Source: the human T2T-CHM13v2.0 reference genome, Homo sapiens. From it: a stretch of 64,000 bases of DNA. Shown here in pieces: positions 55,215-64,000 of the stretch. The stretch lies in NCBI RefSeq assembly GCF_009914755.1, contig NC_060936.1; one strand, 5' to 3'. The notes under the pieces were generated by a model that was not told where the DNA came from, made no database searches, and saw nothing but the letters and a program-made list of their open reading frames with translations. The first letter of the stretch is position 1. Each line of letters opens with the position of its first letter. The position numbers and the translations under genes are program-made.

Positions 55215-55498
55215 TCGCAAAGAGAAGCCTAAGAATTTTTTTAAAAACATTTCCAGAGAGAACACTTTATACCATAAAATAAACTTGTATAATTTGGGAG
55301 GACAAATCATCTCAAATGTATATTTTTGAATTATGTGCCAATTTTATAATTAGTACAAAAATGACAGCTGAAATATTTTAAAAATGTAAAAACCAGTCCA
55401 GGCAACATAACTATACCATCTTGCTGTAAAAGTACTTATATCGAATTCCGCACAAAATATTTTTGCAATATGCTAAATTTAGTTCTTCAAGTCACTCT

Positions 55499-55538
55499 TC
55501 ACTGCCGGCTGGCTTTTCCATTTTCTGTTGTCTCCATC
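55499..55538 (-). CDS. INTS13: INTS13 last exon, coding part (METTENGKASRQ*)
   Basis: Acceptor ttcctatttcag|G; TGA at 55499-55501. Confidence 0.9.
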
Positions 55539-56303
55539 CTGAAATAGGAAGAAAAAAACGAGTTGATAAAATAAATATTCATTAACATTTTGTCTCCTTA
55601 TCTACCTTTCACATGAAAATTAAAATAATATATTCACAGAACAGAACATCAGCATTTTAGGAAAGGACTAACATCAGGGTTCCTCTAGCTAGGCCAATTT
55701 CTTCATTTTACAGTGAAAATTGAGGCCTTGAGAGACTAAGTGACTTTCCCAAGGTTACAAGTCAAAGGCCACTGTTTTTTGTTTGTTTGTTTGACTATAC
55801 CACACTCTCCCTTTCCAAGCAAAACTAAGGAAAAAATCTCTACAATTTCATCAAGAATTTATTTCCTTCCCCACTAAATAAATGTATTTCCACCAACAAA
55901 TTAAGAGGATTTCTTCTAAAAAAATCAAAATAATCAGATCTGAGATTTATTTTACTATAATCAATATTCTTAATATTGTATTCCTTAATAGGAAAACATT
56001 TTCCTCTGTTATTTTACAGAGACTGGCATTATATCCTAAGTGGTATGATTTTTCCCTCTATAATGTTTATTAAGCATTAAAAAGAAATGCTCTAAGGAGT
56101 AAATACTTTCAGGGTTACAATCAATATAACTAAGCCTTTTACAAGCAAGAATCAAAGAGGTTAATTTTTTCTGCTTATGGGGAACATGTATTAGTTCATA
56201 ATATTAGTAATAAAAAATTGCTGATTATTACAAATAAGCAATGATTGTTAAGGTACTATACAGGCAATTGACAAAACCAATTTTGACAATAAATAACACA
56301 AAC

Positions 56304-56439
56304 CCATTTTCCTCTTTAAGATGTTGATATAGTTCAGCTCTGTTATTAACAGAGTTCAAACGTCCAGCAAATTCCTGATGTTTTCTGGAATTGGCAGTAT
56401 TGATTCTATTACTCCACAAGGATAATAACGACACTGGCC
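56304..56439 (-). CDS. INTS13: INTS13 penultimate exon (PVSLLSLWSNRINTANSRKHQEFAGRLNSVNNRAELYQHLKEENG)
   Basis: acactag|GG ... AATGG|gtttgt; 136 nt; lies inside ORF 56228-56497. Confidence 0.93.
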
Positions 56440-56521
56440 CTAGTGTTATATTTAAAAGGAGAGAGAAAAAAAAGATAGAATAATTTATTACTTCCAAATT
56501 TCCAAATTTCCAAACTTACCT

Positions 56522-56591
56522 TTAATTCTGTTGTTCATTTTACACAATTAAGGCAGTTAATTCTGTAGTTCATTTTACACAATTAAGGCAA
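56522..56591. repeat. 35-bp tandem duplication
   Basis: ttaattctgt(t/a)gttcattttacacaattaaggca(g/a) x2. Confidence 0.9.
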
Positions 56592-56614
56592 TCATTTTCC
56601 TCTTACTCTAAAAT

Positions 56615-57130
56615 TTATGTGTTTCAGGGTCCCCAAGAGCAACCACTAGTTCAGTGACTGATGGAAGGACTCAAATGACTAAATGTAAAGTTACACTCCT
56701 GGTTAAGAATGATTACAGCATTACAGTAAGGAGACACAGCCAGATCGGTAAGCAGAAGGAACACATGAGGTGGAGACTGGCAGAATCCATTTGCAGGCTT
56801 CCCATGCTCACTCTCTCCAATGAGGTTTATGCAGAGTGCATACTACCTCCATAGGCAAACATGCAGCCACATGTGCACAATATTTCTGCCAGTAAAGCCT
56901 GTTTGAGTAGAGTCCAGGGTTTTTACTGGGGGCTGATCAGGTAGGTATTCTCTGCCTAACCACAATGACCAAAGTTCCAGACTTTCAGAAGGGAAGCAGG
57001 TGTTCAGTTCATTATCTAGGCAATATCTCAAAAGCCAAGTTCCCAGATGCCAGCCAACAGCCAAACCTGCAAGCAGGCTTTTCTAATTATAATAGTCTCA
57101 GGCCTGCTATGTTAACTCTTTCCTGCACAA
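56615..57130. mobile_element. MER21-like ERVL LTR
   Basis: gggtccccaagagcaacc...gttcccagatgccagccaa...aggcctgctatgttaactctt. Confidence 0.6.
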
Positions 57131-57139
57131 TATGATAAG

Positions 57140-58370
57140 GCAAAAGAATTACAATAGCCAAAACAATTTTGAAAAAGAAGACAAAAGTTAGAAGATTCTT
57201 ACTTCCTCATTACAAGACTTAATTTGAAGTGACTGTGACAGTACTGGATTGGTGAAAGGACGGCCACATAAACCAACAGAATATAAAAGAGAATCCAGAA
57301 GCAGACTCCCACATACATAGTCAACTAATTTCTGATAAATGTACAATATTTCAATGAAGAAAGGATAGTCTTTTCAATAAATGCTGCTGGAACATTAGGA
57401 CATCGTAGGCAAAAGGATTAATATTGACCCATACTTTGTACCTTATAGAAAATAACTCAAAAATTGATCATGACCTAAATGTAAATCTAAAATTACAGAA
57501 CTCCTAAAAGAAAATCAGCCTTTGTGACCCTGGGTTAGATTTCTAACATGTAACACCTAAAGCATAATCATAAAAGCAAAAATGGATGTACTTGACTTCA
57601 TCAAAATAAAAAGCTTCTGTTGTGCAAAAGTCATTTATAAGAGAAGAACAAGCCACAGACTGGGTGAAAATACTTGCAAATCACCTGTCCAACACAGAAC
57701 TTGTATCCAGATAAATAAACAACTCTCAAAATCCACTAATAAGAAACAATCCAATTTTATAATGTACAAAATATTTTAATGGACCTTTCACCCAAGAAGA
57801 CAGACAACAAATAAGCAAAGGAAAAGAGTTTTACCATCATTAATCATGAGAGAAATGTAAATTAAAACACCAATGAAATACCACTACATACCTTATAGGA
57901 TGAAAAACAAAAACAAAACAAACAGTAACCCTGACAACAGCAACTGGACAAGGATGCAGAACACCCAGAACTCTCACATACTGGTGGTGGGAATGCAAAA
58001 TGGTGCCACCACTTTGGAAAAATAAGCTGGCAGTTTCTTATAAAATTAGTCATTATAATACTATGTGAAAAAAGCCAATCTCAAAAGGTGGCATGACATT
58101 TTCTTTCATTTATAAGACATTCCGAAAAATTACAGGGAGCACAATTATAGGAAGAGAAAACATATCAGTAGTTACCAGGGATTGAGGAGGAGAGTGAAGG
58201 ATGACTACAGGGATTGAGGAGGAGAGTGAAAGATGACTACAAAGGGTCAATATGAGGAAATCTTTTGGGGTGACAGACTGTTGTGTACCCTGATTGTGAT
58301 GGCGGTATGCATTGTCTAAACTCACAGAACTGTACATCAAAAAGAGCTAATATTGTCATATATATTTTAA
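57140..58370 (+). mobile_element. Old L1M ORF2/3' fragment
   Basis: aatagccaaaacaattttgaaaaagaa..., DFIKIKSFC peptide, ctggtggtgggaatgcaaaatggt. Confidence 0.8.
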
Positions 58371-59050
58371 AATTCTTAGTTTTCTTATTATAAAACTAAT
58401 GCATGTTCATGAGAACAAATTTAGAAAACAATAAAACACATAAAGGAGGAAATAAAATCATCCTAATGCCACTGCTCTAACAACTAAAAATTTTAGTCTT
58501 TTTTTCAGTGCCAATCTATATCAACAAATGGTTATTTTGGTTTTTTTTTTTTGTTACTGCATCATACAAAGAGAGTTGAATAGACGTTTGCCAAATCTAG
58601 ATGGCACATTTGGAATAGCCTAGCCTTAAGTACAGTGTATACAGCAGGCACAAAATTCACTTTGGGGAGGCCTGGAAAGTCATTTTCCAAAGCAGATAAA
58701 ACTGAGGTATAATAAAAGGCCCAGATCAGTTGCTGATCAGAAGAGACATGCAATTTAGGTCATAAAATAGAATGAAGGAAAAAACAAACACTTTTCAAAT
58801 ATCAGCCTCAAATAGAAAGTTACAAGGAAAGGCAGTAATGTGCAATCAAGTTGCTTCTCATATGAGCTATTTCATATAATATTTCCAGGGCGAAAAACAT
58901 CAGGGATCCATTTAATTTAATGATAGCTGATATTTCATCTAAGTGACAAGCTAGTACATATGTGTATGAAAACTTAAAATTGAGATCACAGTACATATGT
59001 TTATGTAACCTGCTTTAAAAAAACTTATTTACACATTCATTCAATAATTA

Positions 59051-59392
<342 letters not shown>

Positions 59393-59475
59393 CTATGGAC
59401 ACACCATTATTCAGTCATTTTCCTACTAATATGGCTTTTAGGTGCTTGCAATTTTTGCCAGTATAGATAATACTC

Positions 59476-59569
59476 TTTTTTTTTTTTTTTTTTTTTAGAG
59501 ATGGAGTCTTACTCTGTCGCCTGGGCTGGAGTGCAGTGGCATCTTGGCTCACTGCAATCTCTGCCTCAG
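59476..59569 (-). mobile_element. 5'-truncated Alu
   Basis: About 75 nt of the right arm plus poly-T; TSD taatactc. Confidence 0.85.
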
Positions 59570-60436
59570 TAATACTCCTTAGAGTTCTATTTACCAAGCA
59601 ATGCTGAAACACTGTTTAGAGTAGACCTAAATTTCTCATCCTAATGAAGAGTGGTATATTTTGTCATATGAGAAATAATTTATCAAAAAACATCTATTTA
59701 AATCCTATTATTTTCTGGGCCCTCTAGCAAATGCCTGAAAGGCAAATATAATAAGATCACCTCAAGGGTGATCTCTGGCTTCAAAGAAACTAGTGAACTG
59801 AAGAATATAACATGTATCACTATATACATACACTATAACAAGCATATAAAAAGCAAACAAGCCTACCTTCTCCCTAGGATGAGCTGCCAATATTCATAAG
59901 CTGGTTCTACTGCCTTAGGAGAGGCATAGTGGCAGGACATCAGGTAGTCTAATGACGGCATACCATTACACATGTATCCTAAAAAGACTAAATCTAGTTT
60001 GCCTTCAAGATAACTAAAGCCTAGAATGATTTCAGGAGCTGCCAATCCCAAATCATATCCTTGGTGCCTAGAATTCCTTCAAGAGGAAACTAAACTTTTT
60101 AGCCTATAAGAGATTAAGAGGCTTTACAGTGAAAATATTGTTTATAATAATAACTACACTGAAACTCAAACACATTTTAATATAGCAATAAATGAGTGAT
60201 ATTACATATTTCTAGGTTTCGTAAGAGTTTAGGGTCAAAAGAGTTTGTATTCAATATCTCAGCTCTTACTATAGTATCAGGAACATAAACAGATTCAAGT
60301 TTACATATTTAAAATTTCTTAAAACACAAACTTTATATGCTTATTTTCCAAAGGCTTCATTAATGAAAGTATAACACTACTTGTTTTTGTTTTTAACACT
60401 GACAAATATATTTACTGCCTGTATTCTCTAAGGCTG

Positions 60437-60732
60437 TGATACGGTTTGGCTGTGTCCCCACCCAAATTTCCATGCTGTTCTCGTGATAGTGAGTGAGTTC
60501 TCACTAGATCTGATAGTTTTATAAGGGGCTTCCTCTCCCTTTGCTCTGCCCTTCCCCTGGCTGCTGCCATGTGAAGAAGGACATGTTTGCTTCTCCTTCT
60601 GCCATGCCTGTAAGTTTCCTGAGGCCTCCCAGCCATGCTGGAACTGTGAGTCAATTAAACCTCTTTCCTTTAAAAATTACCCAGTCTTGGGTATTTTTAT
60701 CTTTATTAGCAGCATAAGACTGGACTAATACA
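60437..60732 (+). mobile_element. THE1 LTR, internally deleted, in an INTS13 intron
   Basis: tgatacggtttggctgtgtccccaccc...gactaataca; 5-bp TSD ggctg/ggttg. Confidence 0.9.
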
Positions 60733-60808
60733 GGTTGTAAACAGAGAATGTCCTAAACAACACCCACAAATACTTAAGAACTCTTCCTCACATACACAAC
60801 AATATTAA

Positions 60809-61320
<512 letters not shown>

Positions 61321-62159
61321 CTTTTAGAGGGACAAATAATGAAATGTAAAGTTCAAATTTTTAGAAGTCTAATGGTCTAATAATTAAACTAACTTTGCAT
61401 ATCAACCTTTATAAAAGATGGCTAATCTCATAAAATAAACCTAGGGACTAATCAAAAATCTCAATCTAAAACCAGGTAACAGAAATTAATGAATTAAATA
61501 CAAGTTTCCCTTTTCCTTCATAATAATAATGCAATGATTCAGGAATTAGCTGTAAAATATAAAAAAAAAGAAGATACTTAAATTAAAATTTAAAAGGTAG
61601 GAAATGATGTGATCTTCAGAAGAAATTGCACAATTCTGATTTTTAAAGATAGGAACAAAATAACACTGAATTTCAAATTACAAATAAGATTAATAAGTTT
61701 ATTCCCATTTATTCTCTAGTCTATGTATTGTGTAGATGTATTTATGTTCTGCAAATCAGAAACTTAACTCTAAACTTTTAGAGTTTCATCAGAGAACAAA
61801 AACACTTGCAAAATATACAAGAGTGTACTTGAAGCTCAGTGGGACCTAAATGATAGTACTTTTTCCCTCTTACAGTGAGCCAGTAGTGTTTCAGAAGCTC
61901 AGCAGCCCTAAGGAAAACATGAGCTTCTAAAGTCAAAGAGAATAAAAGTATTCTATTATTAATGGATACAATTACAGGATTTCCAGAATTAGCTTCAAAA
62001 TATTCCTATGGGTGTAGTGGTAAAGGTAGTGGATGAAGATATATATGAAATGAGATCTGCCATGAATTGTTAATCATTGAAGGTAGATGATGAGTAACTA
62101 TCTGTTCTTTTGCTACATATGTTTGAAATTTTCCATCATAAAAAGATGTGTTTTTCATC

Positions 62160-62457
<298 letters not shown>

Positions 62458-62734
62458 TAATTAATTTTAAAAAAAGTGACCTGGTGTTGGTCTGATTTCT
62501 GGCAAGTGGATAGAGGATATAGCCAGAGGATACGCTATTTCTATTTATAAGCCTTTATTACTTTTATGTTTTTCAGATTTAACGCTGACATCATAATATA
62601 AATCACAAACTAAAGGAAAAGAGTATACTATTAAGAAACATTTTCAGAATAGACTGTATGCCCTTCTTCTGTGCTTCCAAGGACATCCTATGCCTATTTT
62701 TATAATAGCACCTTCCACACTTTGCTGCAATCAC

Positions 62735-63084
<350 letters not shown>

Positions 63085-63458
63085 TAGGGATCTTGTGCCA
63101 AATGCCTGGCACATCATAAGCATTCAGTAAATATTTAGTGAACAGAGGAATAAAATTATGTCTGTGAAGTTCACAACACATAAAGCACATACTGATACCA
63201 AACATCATGCATTATGATTTTCAGAAGTTAATTAGGAAAAACTAACACTAACTTTGCCCCAACAGTAAAAATTCATACTTTTTTGTGCCCAAGAAAGATC
63301 CTCTAGATTTTAAGAATGATAAAATTACAGTAATGAAAATGAATAAACATGTATTAAATGAACTACTATTAAATCAGGTTTGAATGTATGAAAGTGTTCT
63401 ATGCAGAATGTGATATAATAAAAGGCACCATGGTGCTATATCAATGCCAGGAAGTCAC

Positions 63459-63689
63459 CTCTCTGAGTCTTGCCAAGACTTTTCCTGTTCATAATCTTTC
63501 ACTGCTTTCTCTGACTTGTCCTCTTTGTCTTCCCTCTTTCTTCCTCGTTTCTTTCGTTCTTCCTCTTCTGGGGGTTTGCTCCTGCATGCCATCAGACATT
63601 CCAAGACTCTTTGATGTTTCTCTGAGTTGTTGATATGGGCTCTGACAAGGGTTTCTAATTCATTCCACATGATACGGTATTGTTCATCT
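63459..63689 (-). CDS. INTS13: INTS13 coding exon (DEQYRIMWNELE...SWQDSER)
   Basis: ttgctgcag|A ... GAGAG|gtgact; 231 nt; overlaps ORF 63455-63670. Confidence 0.93.
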
Positions 63690-63975
63690 CTGCAGCAAAG
63701 ATTTGGAAATACTCTTTAAATAATATTGAAGTGTCACTTTCTAGTGGTAAAGTAAAAACAAATAATGAAATGTGGACTTCCTTCCTCTTACTTGGTACTT
63801 AATAGTGAAATTCTAGGCTACAATATATCCATTTCTATGATTTTGTATTATTTCATCTCAAATATATATATAAACATGTCCTCAAATAGAATTTACATAT
63901 GGAATAAGTTATCTTGAGAAACAATATGTATCAAGTAAATGTGATCTATAAAGTAAGAAAGAAAAAAAAATGTAC

Positions 63976-64000
63976 CTTTTAGGGCCCTTTCCTCTTGTAC
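63976..64000 (-). CDS. INTS13: INTS13 exon, partial at window edge (TRGKGPKR)
   Basis: Donor AAAAG|gtacat at 63975; phase matches the next exon. Confidence 0.85.

Overview
Primate DNA, very probably human 12p11.23 just downstream of INTS13 (locus inferred from INTS13). It is rich in Alu, L1, L2, MIR, LTR and Tigger1 repeats. The right end holds the last five exons of INTS13 (ASUN) on the - strand. The main discovery is a four-coding-exon dystroglycan (DAG1) paralogue on the + strand (36467-36788, 37723-37946, 40750-42500, 45679-46827). Its splice phases join in frame (0/2/1) and rebuild the whole dystroglycan architecture: signal peptide, IG1, S6-like domain, furin site, long mucin region, IG2, SEA-like domain with the G|S autocleavage motif, TM helix and a PPxY tail (~1130 aa). 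It shares DAG1's IG1 intron position. It carries three in-frame stops (42329, 46518, 46626), a probable tail frameshift and a GC donor, so it looks like a recently disabled unitary pseudogene of an ancient second dystroglycan. DAG1 comparisons are from recalled sequence; no database search was run. Repeat boundaries are approximate.
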